From Cyanobacteria bacterium J069 (GTDB lineage Bacteria > Cyanobacteriota > Cyanobacteriia > Elainellales > Elainellaceae), in NCBI GenBank assembly GCA_003695655.1, contig RFIF01000414.1:4551-68550 (forward strand): DNA of 64,000 nt, read 5' to 3'. The notes below the pieces were generated by a model. It saw nothing but the letters and a program-made list of their open reading frames with translations, did not search any database and had not been told where the DNA came from. The first letter of the stretch is position 1. Every line of letters starts with the position of its first letter. The translations under genes were made by a program, and so were the position numbers. Below, in pieces: positions 44,800 through 54,412 of this stretch.

Positions 44800-45162
44800 C
44801 TACCAGGCTGCTTCATCCAGCAGCAGCTCTAGTGCTTGTTCCACATCACTCCAGGCGTCGTCGAGCGAGTCCGACAGGTGAGGATGAAGCGATCGCAGAT
44901 CATCCGCCAGTCCCAGCAAATCTTCGCCAATCTGGGTTAAGCGGTCTTCGGCGATCGCCTTTGCCTGCTGCTGCCGTTTTAGGCTGCGCACCCGCCGGGA
45001 AGACGCAGAAAAGCCGGGCTGCTGAGCATAAAGGCTATCCACCAGGCTGTCCGCTGCGCCAGCAAAATCGGCAGCAGAGTCCGCGTCTGGTTGCAACCGA
45101 GGGGCGATCGCGCCGCCAATGTCATCCGGTTGGACACTACTGCTTCGATGGGTCGGTTTCAT
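44800..45162 (-). CDS. Hypothetical acidic helical protein
   Basis: ORF with helical C terminus LTQIGEDLLGLADDLR...DDAWSDVEQAL; ATG at 45162. Confidence 0.6.
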   Translation of the reverse strand: MKPTHRSSSVQPDDIGGAIAPRLQPDADSAADFAGAADSLVDSLYAQQPGFSASSRRVRSLKRQQQAKAIAEDRLTQIGEDLLGLADDLRSLHPHLSDSLDDAWSDVEQALELLLDEAAW

Positions 45163-45191
45163 AGGGCTTGCTAGAGTGCAAAAACGTAAAA

Positions 45192-45205
45192 GTATCTTTA
45201 GATAC
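45192..45205. promoter_or_regulatory. NtcA-type palindrome GTA-N8-TAC
   Basis: GTATCTTTAGATAC (minus strand TGTATCTAAAGATAC) in a divergent intergenic region. Confidence 0.55.
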
Positions 45206-45435
45206 ACTTTAACTTACTCAAAGTGCCCGCTTCCTGCCCAGAAAACCGCCATTTGTAGACAATTCCTCACAATTTTTCGGAATTCAGTCGTCATCTCCGC
45301 ACCTGGCAATCGGCTAACGTCTTGCCCATGCCATGATGGATCTAAGCCTTGATGAGATGCTGCTCAATGCCTAACTGCGCTGCTCATCTCGTCTCGTACT
45401 CCATCCATGTTCCATCCGCTCAGGTGCAGATTCAG

Positions 45436-45888
45436 ATGCCCTCCCAACCGGGTCAAACCCTCCCTCAACCCATTCGCTCTTGCAATTGGGCGATCGCCCA
45501 GCTCCCCGGCCTCAGCGAAAAACACCTAGACTTGCTATCCAAAGCCAATATCCAGACCACTCTCGACCTCTGGCGGCGCACCCAAACTCCTGCCCAGCGC
45601 CACAACCTCGCTGCCCAACTCCAGCTTCATCCCAAGCATGTTAATAAATGGGCCGCGCTCTCCGACCTGGCCCGCATTCCCGCCGTCGGCTGCACCTATT
45701 GCGGGCTGCTGCTACACGCGGGCATCATCTCCGTCCCCCAACTGGCCGAAGTCGCCCTGCCCAATCTCCACCGCCATCTCATGCGGCTACAAGTGGCCAC
45801 CATGCAACGTCAAGACCTCTGCCCGCCGCTAGGGGAGGTTTCCCTCTGGGTACAACAAGCCCGCCAGCTCAACCAAACCAAGCGCTAG
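45436..45888 (+). CDS. DUF4332 (helix-hairpin-helix) protein
   Basis: LPGLS, KWAALSDLARIPAVG..YCGLLLHAGI; ATG at 45436 preferred. Confidence 0.85.
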   Translation: MPSQPGQTLPQPIRSCNWAIAQLPGLSEKHLDLLSKANIQTTLDLWRRTQTPAQRHNLAAQLQLHPKHVNKWAALSDLARIPAVGCTYCGLLLHAGIISVPQLAEVALPNLHRHLMRLQVATMQRQDLCPPLGEVSLWVQQARQLNQTKR

Positions 45889-45995
45889 AACAGGCGCTAG
45901 AACAGGCGCTAGAAACGGCTCCGTTCCTGCCCAACGCGCCCCGCTCTAGCCCCATTCATCCCTCAGCCTTCACCCTTCATCCTTAGATTCCGGCT

Positions 45996-46517
45996 CTAGT
46001 CGGGATACCAAAACATTCCCTTAATCCCCTCCGGGTCAGACATAAAGCCCAGATGGCGGTAAAACTCGACGACCTGCGGATCGGCAAACAGCGTGATATT
46101 GCTAATATCTTCGCTACGCAGCTTTTTAATCACCTGCTTCATCAAGGCTTTGCCCAGACCCTTGCCCTGAAAATCGGGATGCACCACCACATCCCAAATC
46201 GTGGCGTTAAAGGCATGGTCGGACGTAGCCCGCGAAAACCCGATCAGTCGCCGCTGAGCGCCCCGCTGCTCCCACATCGACACGACCAAAAAACTATGCT
46301 GAATCGCCTTTTTGACCTTGCGCAACGGGCGACGCGACCAGCCCACCGCATCACAAAGTTCCTCTAGCTCATAGAGGTCAATCTCGCGATCGGTGCTAAA
46401 AAAGATGCGAGTCCCGCTGTTGGTCGTCATCACGGGTGCCGCCTGTCCCTCAGGTTGGGCCGGTCTGGACGCAGCGGCAGCATCAGAAGCGGTGAATAAG
46501 CTTTTCCAGAAGCCCAT
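45996..46517 (-). CDS. GNAT N-acetyltransferase, Ycf52/NSI-like
   Basis: [44 protein letters not shown]. Confidence 0.92.
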   Translation of the reverse strand: MGFWKSLFTASDAAAASRPAQPEGQAAPVMTTNSGTRIFFSTDREIDLYELEELCDAVGWSRRPLRKVKKAIQHSFLVVSMWEQRGAQRRLIGFSRATSDHAFNATIWDVVVHPDFQGKGLGKALMKQVIKKLRSEDISNITLFADPQVVEFYRHLGFMSDPEGIKGMFWYPD

Positions 46518-46980
46518 GCGAGTGCGTAGCCTAGACGTAAGGTGGGAACAGCAGCATTAAGCAGTATTAGCATAGTATAGCTTTCATCTCTCGTTCCCAA
46601 AAGGACTTGTGCGTTGGAATGATTTTGCTCCCGCCCTGGCTGCCGAGTCTGCGCTGATCCTGGATTGGTTTGTTGATTAGTCAGCCGATTTAATCCTAGT
46701 CTGCGTCGCTCCCCAATTGGCTCTATCTGGCTTGATGAACTCGAGGGAGGCAACCTTGGCTGTCCTGTTTGAAATTCGCCAAAAGTAGGGGTGCAATTTG
46801 TGAGAGATTGACCTACAGTTAGGGTTTTCTAAGATAGAAGCGCATTACTGCGTCGCCCTACTGGCGAAATCACCGTCATCCTGAGAATCAGACTGTTTTG
46901 GGCAGATACCGTGCTGCTGCCCAGTTCTCAGGAGTCGATTCAGAATCCATCATGTGGGCACACGAAGGCTTTCCCCAGAT

Positions 46981-47706
46981 ATGGCTCCGGGCTTGAAACC
47001 AACGACGCTGGAACTTTTGAAACGCTTTAATCGGGCGTTTCCACAGTTTTATGAGCAATTTGTCAGCAGTGAAATCCAGCTTCAGAATTTGAGACTCGCC
47101 TATCAGCTCTACAAGAGCCGTCAGGCTGTTATCGAGATTAAGCCAGAGGGCAACAAGAGCGCCCTGCATTTTGCCTATCGCAACCAGTCGTTTTTGCTCA
47201 GCGACATTTTTGGCGTGCTGGCGGCTTACGGGCTGACGATCCACGGACTCAGCCTCTATGGGCAGATTTATCCGCCGATGCTGGTGTTTATCAAGCTAGT
47301 GGTGGCCCGGAGCGGCAAAGCGCTGAGTGAAAAAACGGCTGAAAACGTGTGTCGGGCGATTCGCGAGGCGCTGGGCGGGCGCTTTGAGGTGGAGGAGATG
47401 TTGGCGGTGGAGTTCAACCTGGATGCTGGGTTGGAGCAGGTGGAAACTGAGTTTTATGTAGATCCAGTGTTTCATTTGCCGGCGCTGCTGATCGAGGCGG
47501 ATAACCAGCCAGGGCTGTTTTATAAGGTGATGTATGCCATTTGGCAAGAGGATTTACTGGTGGTGAATGCCAACCTGCTGGTGTGGCGCGGGCGCACGCG
47601 GCTGATTCTCTATTTGCTGGGGCCGAACGAGAATTTGATTCCTGAGTATTTAGGACAAAAGATTGCCGATGGAATGAGGCAGCGGCTGCTGGGGCGGCGG
47701 TTTTAA
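46981..47706 (+). CDS. Conserved-looking protein with two ACT-like segments
   Basis: YRNQSFLLSDIFGVLAAYGLTIH and ADNQPGLFYKVMYAIWQEDLLVV resemble ACT signatures. Confidence 0.75.
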   Translation: MAPGLKPTTLELLKRFNRAFPQFYEQFVSSEIQLQNLRLAYQLYKSRQAVIEIKPEGNKSALHFAYRNQSFLLSDIFGVLAAYGLTIHGLSLYGQIYPPMLVFIKLVVARSGKALSEKTAENVCRAIREALGGRFEVEEMLAVEFNLDAGLEQVETEFYVDPVFHLPALLIEADNQPGLFYKVMYAIWQEDLLVVNANLLVWRGRTRLILYLLGPNENLIPEYLGQKIADGMRQRLLGRRF

Positions 47707-47769
47707 GCCAGGGCTGAAGCAAAGACACGCCAGCGCTTCCAGTCTGACTCCTGACCCTTGACCCCTGAT

Positions 47770-48765
47770 TTAGCGATCGCCCACCGAGCCATCTGGCATC
47801 ATCGCGCCCTGCAAAATTGCACCTGCCAAATCCGTACTGCTGAGTTCTGCCCGCACCAAACTCGCCTCGGTAAGGTTGGCGTCCACCAGGCTGGCCCGCG
47901 CCAAGTAGGCATCGGTAAGCTGGGCATGTTGCAAATCTGCGCCTTGCAAGTTGGCGCGGCTGAGGTCGGCGCGGCTGAGTTGAGCAAACGCCAGAATGGC
48001 ACCTTTTAGCTCAGCGCGGGTCATTTGGGCATCGGGCAACACTGCACTCCGAAGCACCGCATGCTGCAAATCAGCCTCGGTCAGGATGGCTCTTTCCAGC
48101 TTGGCATTGGCGAGGTTGGCATACCGTAAGTGCGCCTGAGACAGGTCAGCCTCCGTGAGAAACGCCCCCCGCAAATTTGCCCCGCTGAGGTCGGCCCCGC
48201 TGAGGTTGGCGCTGCGCAGTGTGGCTTCACTGAGGTCGGCTTCTCGAAGATCAACCCGTGACAGGTCTGCGCCCGTCAGGTTGGCCCCGCGCAGGTCAGC
48301 TTTGTGCAGCGTTGCCCCACGCAGGTTTGCAGTATAGCGGCGATTTTCTTCCCGCAGGTTGGCCCCGCGCAGGCAGGCTCCCGTCAGGTTGGCACCGCCC
48401 AGGTCGGCATTGCGCAGGTCGGCATCGCTGAGGTTGGCATCGAGCAAATCAGCCAGGGTCAGCGTGGCGCTCCGCAGGTCGGCTCCCGCCAGGATCGCGC
48501 CATGCAGATCGGCGTCGTTGAGGCTGGCCCCAGTTAGCACCGCCTGGCTGAGGTTGACGCCGCTCAACAGGGCATGGTCGAGCGCGGCTTTGCTGAGGTT
48601 CGCCCGATTCAGGTAGGCCAGGGAGAGGTTGGCATGACGCAAATCGGCGCGACTCAGATCAATACCAATCAGGTCGGCAAAGGCAAGGCAAGCACCGGCC
48701 AGGTTTTCACCGCCAAAGTGAGTTTCGCGTTGGGCGTAGCGCTGGAGCAGTTCTTGAGGAGTCAT
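47770..48765 (-). CDS. Pentapeptide repeat protein
   Basis: Continuous A(D/N)Lxx repeats; ELLQRYA start and AMMPDG end. Confidence 0.96.
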   Translation of the reverse strand: MTPQELLQRYAQRETHFGGENLAGACLAFADLIGIDLSRADLRHANLSLAYLNRANLSKAALDHALLSGVNLSQAVLTGASLNDADLHGAILAGADLRSATLTLADLLDANLSDADLRNADLGGANLTGACLRGANLREENRRYTANLRGATLHKADLRGANLTGADLSRVDLREADLSEATLRSANLSGADLSGANLRGAFLTEADLSQAHLRYANLANAKLERAILTEADLQHAVLRSAVLPDAQMTRAELKGAILAFAQLSRADLSRANLQGADLQHAQLTDAYLARASLVDANLTEASLVRAELSSTDLAGAILQGAMMPDGSVGDR

Positions 48766-50102
48766 AGATATTCACAGGACGGCTCACTCCCGCTGGCGTT
48801 GTTCTGGAAGGATTCTGGGGCGGATTCTAGCTGACCCACAATGCCTGTGGGGTCTGGGCGGGCTGGAGCTGGGGGCGGCGCCCCCAGGTAAGACTGGCAA
48901 TGCTCAGATACTTCGGCGGACGCAGGAGCCGCAGGATGTTCAGGAGTGGTAATAGGATAGAACGGCTGGAGGGCGCGGAGGAGGGCGCTGGCAACGGGGT
49001 GATAGGGACTGGTGTCATGGGTGGCGGCGGGGCGATCGCCCTCCAATTCCAGCGCTGCCAGCCGCTCAGCTATCCTCATCACATCTGCTTTGAGTGCCGT
49101 CAAGGTCGGATATTGCTGGAGCGTTTGCCGCAACAGCGCATCTAGATCATAGCCCTTGAGATGCGTCCAGGCAGGCAGACCTGGCGGCAGCGGCTCATGC
49201 AACACCGCAAATAGCAGCAGCTTTGCCCGCAGCGGATTAGCATATTTCATCACGGCCAGCCGCAGATCAACTAGCGCCGCCGGGTCATCGGGGCTGAGGG
49301 GCTGAGGAGCCGCAGATTCTGAAGTGGCAGCGGCTAGAGCAGCGGATGCGGGGACGGCTGACTCTGGAAAACTCTCAGCTTCTGAAAGCGCTGGCGTGAC
49401 CACATCGGACGGCGGGGAAAGCGCCACCGGGCTATGGATGCGCGTCTCATCCGCCGTGTCAGCCACGGGTGTTGCCAGGTTTGCCTGGGTCAGTTCCAGT
49501 CCGTCGCCATACAGAGGCGCAAAGGCAGAGATAATCGTTTGAGCAACGCGGGTATATTCCGTCTGACGGTTTAGCGTCCGCACAATGCTGGTGAGGATAG
49601 CGTCGAGGGTTTGGGGCGTAGCGGTCAAACGATGCAGCCGCTGCACCAGTTCCACCAGCGAATGCTGGTTTAATACTTGGGGGTCATTTTCCCAGGTCTG
49701 GGTGCAGGCAGAGAACAGGAGTTTTTTGATGCGTATCCCGTTGGGGTTTTGCTCAAGCTGGGCGGCGACTTGCTGATAGGCTTGCGGGCTGGCCGTCAGC
49801 GACAGGGACTCGTTCACCGGATATAGCGGCTCCAGATGGCTGAGCGCAGCATTGGCGACCAGTGTATATTCGGTTACTTTGCTGAGCGTGTTGACGAGGG
49901 CCGTCAGATGACCCTCCAGGATTTGGCGCGTGGGATACTGTGTCCGCAGGTCTTGCACCAGCGGATATAGATCTGCTTGCTGAATTTGCACTGGATCTCG
50001 CTCCCAGATTTGCCTGCTGGCGTAAATCAGCAACTTCTTGATGCGCAGCAGATTGGGGTCTTGTGAGAGGTTTTGTATCACCTCATCCAATGGCGATCGC
50101 AC
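48762..50102 (-). CDS. Hypothetical protein with a repeated RIKKLL...WE.DP helical domain
   Basis: Two clear ~100-aa repeats plus a degenerate third (LRAKLLL); stop overlaps the pentapeptide gene start (ATGA). Confidence 0.8.
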   Translation of the reverse strand: MRSPLDEVIQNLSQDPNLLRIKKLLIYASRQIWERDPVQIQQADLYPLVQDLRTQYPTRQILEGHLTALVNTLSKVTEYTLVANAALSHLEPLYPVNESLSLTASPQAYQQVAAQLEQNPNGIRIKKLLFSACTQTWENDPQVLNQHSLVELVQRLHRLTATPQTLDAILTSIVRTLNRQTEYTRVAQTIISAFAPLYGDGLELTQANLATPVADTADETRIHSPVALSPPSDVVTPALSEAESFPESAVPASAALAAATSESAAPQPLSPDDPAALVDLRLAVMKYANPLRAKLLLFAVLHEPLPPGLPAWTHLKGYDLDALLRQTLQQYPTLTALKADVMRIAERLAALELEGDRPAATHDTSPYHPVASALLRALQPFYPITTPEHPAAPASAEVSEHCQSYLGAPPPAPARPDPTGIVGQLESAPESFQNNASGSEPSCEYL

Positions 50103-50285
50103 CTTTCTCCTTCCTCATGCACAGCTTATCTCTTATTAAATACCGAGTTCGCAAAACTGTCACAACCAACCTGCACAATAAGTCATTAGATCGAAATATC
50201 AAATCTAATATTCAGTCGCGATTGAATGCAGGACTCTACCAGTTGCGGACAAGTTGGTCAATCCCAAAATTGTGTTCAAGAAATT

Positions 50286-50377
50286 CAGAACTTACGCAGT
50301 TGAAACGAGTTTTATAGATGCTGGATGATTTTTCGTGGGCTGCGCCCACGAAAAATCATTCAATTGCGTAAGTCCTA
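50286..50377 (+). mobile_element. 92-bp dispersed inverted-repeat element, copy 3
   Basis: CAGAACTTACGCAGTTGAAACGAGTTTTATAG...CAATTGCGTAAGTCCTA. Confidence 0.8.
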
Positions 50378-50448
50378 TTACAGTTAGATCGCCTCGTCTG
50401 CTGAACGCGGTTTGCAAAGCTGCGCTCAGCACTTTAGCCAGCCAGCGT

Positions 50449-51411
50449 CTAGCGGTCTGCTGCCGCCTGCACCACCGCCAGGAACTGGGCCAGCACTACA
50501 GACGGGTGGCGGGTCTGCCAAACTGCAACAATTTCCAGATCGGGCAGGTCGTCTTGAAGATCGCGATAGACCACGCCGCTGCGCTGGAGATGTTTCACAT
50601 TGGCCGGCAGCAGCGACACGCCCACCCCACCCGTCACCAGGCTCAGCACGGTGGTGATCCAGGCGGCTTCCTGCTCAACTCGCGGCTTGAAGCCTGCCTG
50701 TTGACAGACCCGCTCAATCTCGTCGCGCAGCCCCCGCAGCAGGCTGTGGGGCGGCAGAATGAAGCGATCGCCCCGCAGGTCTATCAGCGACACGGTTGCC
50801 CGTCTGGCCAGCCGATGGCGCTGGGGCAACACGGCCACCAGCGGTTCACACAGCACCCGCAGCGTAGACATACCCAGATGGACTTCTGCATCAAGCGTCT
50901 GGAGGTTATGCCGATGAAAAAAGCCAATGTCGAGCTGGCGGGTCTGCAACTGGGCGATCTGGTCATAGGACGCCAGTTCATGCAGCACCAGGCTCACCTC
51001 GGGAAACTGCTGGTGAAACGCCTGCAAAATTTCCGGCAGCTTGCTGTTGGCGATAGAGGTGTTGATGCCAATGTCTAATCGGCCGCGCTTGCCCTGGTGG
51101 GTTTCTCGCGCCAGCGCCACGGCTCGCCGCGTTTGGGAGAGAATTTGCCCTGCCTGTTCCAAAAAATCATGCCCCGCCTCGGTAATCGCCAGCGGGCGCG
51201 TCTTGCGGTTAAACAGGGGAAAGCCCAGCCGAGCTTCGAGCCGCTGGATCTGCTTGCTGAGAAACCCCTGATCTAGCCCCAGGGCGATCGCCGCCAGAAT
51301 GAAGCCCCGATGCTCGGCCACGGCGATCGCATATTCCAAATGCCGAAACTCTAGCTCGCTCCAAAGGGCGGCTGGCTCTGGCTCAGCAGTTCTGTCCTGA
51401 GAGTCTTGCAT
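50449..51411 (-). CDS. LysR-family transcriptional regulator
   Basis: LEFRHLEY...LSKQIQRLEARLGFPLFNR HTH; LVTGGVGVSLLP; ATG at 51411 preferred. Confidence 0.93.
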   Translation of the reverse strand: MQDSQDRTAEPEPAALWSELEFRHLEYAIAVAEHRGFILAAIALGLDQGFLSKQIQRLEARLGFPLFNRKTRPLAITEAGHDFLEQAGQILSQTRRAVALARETHQGKRGRLDIGINTSIANSKLPEILQAFHQQFPEVSLVLHELASYDQIAQLQTRQLDIGFFHRHNLQTLDAEVHLGMSTLRVLCEPLVAVLPQRHRLARRATVSLIDLRGDRFILPPHSLLRGLRDEIERVCQQAGFKPRVEQEAAWITTVLSLVTGGVGVSLLPANVKHLQRSGVVYRDLQDDLPDLEIVAVWQTRHPSVVLAQFLAVVQAAADR

Positions 51412-51570
51412 CGGGTTTCGCGCAGATGACTTGGCGCAGATGATTTGGCGCAGATTATGCCAATTTGAACATCGAGCAATGTCTAATATGTTGAATAACA
51501 CATCGCTAGTTGCCGCTATTCTAATCTTCATTGCGGCCAAAAGGCGAATTTTCGCGGAGGGCTATGAACG

Positions 51571-52494
51571 ATGAACAAGATTCAGCGGGTACTGATTGTC
51601 GGCGGCACCCACGGCAACGAACTCACCGGGGTTTATCTCGTACAGCGGTTTGAGCAGCAGCCGCATTTGGTGCAGCGGCCCAGCTTTGATACGCGGACAC
51701 TGCTGAGCAATCAGGCGGCGATCGCCGCTGGGGTGCGCTATGTCGATCAGGATATGAACCGCTGCTGCGATCGCCAGTCGTTGGCCACCCCCACCCCTGC
51801 CGCCTATGAGGTGGCGCGGGCTCAAGAAATTTCCCGCCACTTTGGAACCACGGGTTCCACCCCCGCTGATGTGATTCTCGACCTCCACAGCACCACCGCC
51901 AACATGGGTCTGACGCTGATTTTGGATGATCACCACCCGTTCAAGCTGCAACTGGCAGCCGCCCTCAGCGCTCAGCAGCCCGCTTTGCGGGTCTACAGCT
52001 CAGCAAACTCAGGCCGCCAGCAAGACGCACTGCGATCGCTCGGTAGATTTGGCTTTTGTCTGGAAGTTGGCCCAGTTGCTCAGGGCGTGTTGGAAGCAGA
52101 CCTGTTTCACCGTACCGAGGCGCTGGTGTTGCAAACCCTAGACTATCTAGACAGGCTGAACCAGGACACACCAACCACAGCGCCCCATCCGCTGACCCTT
52201 TACCAATATCTCGGTACGGTGCCCTATCCCAAAGACTCTAAAGGACGGCTACAAGCGATGATTCATCCACAGCTTCAGGGGCAAGATTATCAACCGCTTC
52301 ATCCCGGCGACCCAATGTTCCTATCGCTGACGGGGGAAACGATTGCCTATGCGGGCGAAGACCCGGTTTTTCCCGTGTTTATTAACGAGGCGGCCTATTA
52401 CGAAAAAGACATTGCTATGGTGCTAACGCGGCCCCAGCAAATCGAGGTGGAAACCTGGGTAGAACCGGAATCGGAAGCTAGAACATGTCGCTGA
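51571..52494 (+). CDS. Aspartoacylase
   Basis: GGTHGNE, DMNR, DLHSTT, EVGP, FINEAAYYEK. Confidence 0.93.
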   Translation: MNKIQRVLIVGGTHGNELTGVYLVQRFEQQPHLVQRPSFDTRTLLSNQAAIAAGVRYVDQDMNRCCDRQSLATPTPAAYEVARAQEISRHFGTTGSTPADVILDLHSTTANMGLTLILDDHHPFKLQLAAALSAQQPALRVYSSANSGRQQDALRSLGRFGFCLEVGPVAQGVLEADLFHRTEALVLQTLDYLDRLNQDTPTTAPHPLTLYQYLGTVPYPKDSKGRLQAMIHPQLQGQDYQPLHPGDPMFLSLTGETIAYAGEDPVFPVFINEAAYYEKDIAMVLTRPQQIEVETWVEPESEARTCR

Positions 52495-52523
52495 ACATGT
52501 CGCCTGCCGACTCGGTTCGTGCC

Positions 52524-53738
52524 CTATTGCACCCGAATCCGCGACAGAATCGCGCCTCGATAGTAGTGCGTCACAATATCTCGATAGCTGGCTCCCTGCG
52601 CCGCCATGCCAAACGCGCCATACTGGCTCATGCCAATGCCGTGACCAAACCCGCGCCCTGTCACCTGGAAGCTGGGCGGAGCAGCCGCACCCTGAGCGCT
52701 GGCGATCTGTCCAAGCTGGGGCTGAATCGTAAACAGTGTGCTGCGGAGATTTAGCGCCTGCCGAATCTGATCACCCGTTAGCTCCTTGCTGCCCGCATCG
52801 CCCACCACGCGCACCCGCCGCAACCGCTGATTTGGCGAGGCTTGCACCAGCTCAAACCGGACGATATTGCCAATGCCCGTGATTCGCTGCCGCATCTGGT
52901 CGGCGGTAAAGGTTTCCGACCACTGAAACACGGGAGCAGACTGGTCATAGTCGGGCACTCCGCGCAAGTAGGGCAGCGGACTCACCCACACATCCTCAGA
53001 GTTTTCTGTATGCCCGCCCGATGAGGAGTGATAGACCGCGTTGATGATCTGCCCGTTGTGGGTCAACACCTGACCCTGGGTGGCCTGCACAGCGGCGATC
53101 GTGCTGCTGGCTTCCTTTTCGGCACCGCCATAGGCCTGCCAACGAGTGGTGTTGCCCACGTCAAACACAGTGTTGCCGCTGGTTTGCCGCTGATAGAGGG
53201 CATAGGTGCGGGCGGCTACTGCCTGCGCTTTGAGCGCCTCTAGGTGCCAGCTTGCGGGCATTTCACTGCCCACAACGCTATAGAGATATTCCTCAAGATC
53301 GACATAGTTGACCGCCGTCAGCCCAGCGGCCGTGGGCACTACTAGCACCCGTCCCCGGTAGTAGCGACCGCGATTATTGTCTCCAGGATTGTCGATGTAA
53401 ACGAAGCCGCCGTTTTGCGGCTCTAACCAGACGGCGTTGAGCTGCCAGTCGCTAATTTTTAGACCGGCGGCATCGGGGGAGGCGACGAGCGAAGTGCCTT
53501 GCTGAAGCTGGGCCAGGACGCGCCCGCTGCCGTCTTTAAGCACGGAGGCAGTGTTGCTGCCGATTTGAACGCTGGGCACGTCGCGCTCGATCGACACGCG
53601 CAGGTCTAGTTCGGCGCGCGCAGGAGCGATCGCCACCAGCCACAGCATCGCCGTCAGCCACCAGGAACGCTGCCCCAACTTGAACCCCAGCTTGACGAGC
53701 GCTTGCAAAAAGCCCGTATATTTCAGCGTTTGAATCAC
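52524..53738 (-). CDS. SpoIID/LytB-domain protein
   Basis: LEEYLYSVVGSEM, EALKAQAVAARTYA, GFGHGIGMSQYGA; N-terminal signal peptide. Confidence 0.93.
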   Translation of the reverse strand: MIQTLKYTGFLQALVKLGFKLGQRSWWLTAMLWLVAIAPARAELDLRVSIERDVPSVQIGSNTASVLKDGSGRVLAQLQQGTSLVASPDAAGLKISDWQLNAVWLEPQNGGFVYIDNPGDNNRGRYYRGRVLVVPTAAGLTAVNYVDLEEYLYSVVGSEMPASWHLEALKAQAVAARTYALYQRQTSGNTVFDVGNTTRWQAYGGAEKEASSTIAAVQATQGQVLTHNGQIINAVYHSSSGGHTENSEDVWVSPLPYLRGVPDYDQSAPVFQWSETFTADQMRQRITGIGNIVRFELVQASPNQRLRRVRVVGDAGSKELTGDQIRQALNLRSTLFTIQPQLGQIASAQGAAAPPSFQVTGRGFGHGIGMSQYGAFGMAAQGASYRDIVTHYYRGAILSRIRVQ

Positions 53739-54348
53739 AACAACCTCACACCAACGGAGACAGATACTTCAGGATTAACTCAGGTGAAATCAGTTTGGGA
53801 CGGGTCTTTCAGGCTTATTTTAGGCTTAAATATTGGCAAATCTCGAATATCGAAAAATTCGCCCCAAAAACAGCCGCTACGATTCTTTACAGAAGGGTAT
53901 CACGGAATGCCGAGCTGGAAGAGTATGCTCAATGTTTGAGCCAGATTTTTGATGAATTTCCGGGTTCATGACGCCGTATTCACCATCCAGCAGCCAGGCG
54001 AAAACCGCTAGACAAAGCCGTTTGATCTTCGGCTCTGCATCTCTGTAAAGTTTCGATGAACTCGCAAAACACCGTCTTTTCTCACCTAGACCGACGCCAC
54101 CAGTCGATTAGTTCCTGGCTTGTTCAATATCTGGCGATCGCCCCCAAAAACCTTGCGCTGGACAAACGCTTGAGCCACAATATCGCGCCAATAGTGTGCC
54201 ATTGCTCTTGCCAACCCCTGCCCTGACCCACTGCCAGATCTGGACTGTCTTAAAGTGTTGCTGGTTGTAGAACCGCCTTAACACCTGCTTTGCATCTTTC
54301 GGGCGTCCCCATTTTCGGGTTTCCCTCAACAGACAACTGAGAAAACAA

Positions 54349-54398
54349 TGATAGAAATAACTAAGGGTTCATCTGATAGAAATAACTAAGGGTTCATC
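54349..54398. repeat. Perfect 25-nt tandem duplication downstream of the HNH gene
   Basis: TGATAGAAATAACTAAGGGTTCATC x2. Confidence 0.9.
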
Positions 54399-54412
54399 AC
54401 TTAAGAGTTCTT

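Noticed and set aside
50335-51078. 247-aa plus-strand ORF
   Set aside because: Antisense shadow of the LysR gene; begins inside the 92-bp repeat.
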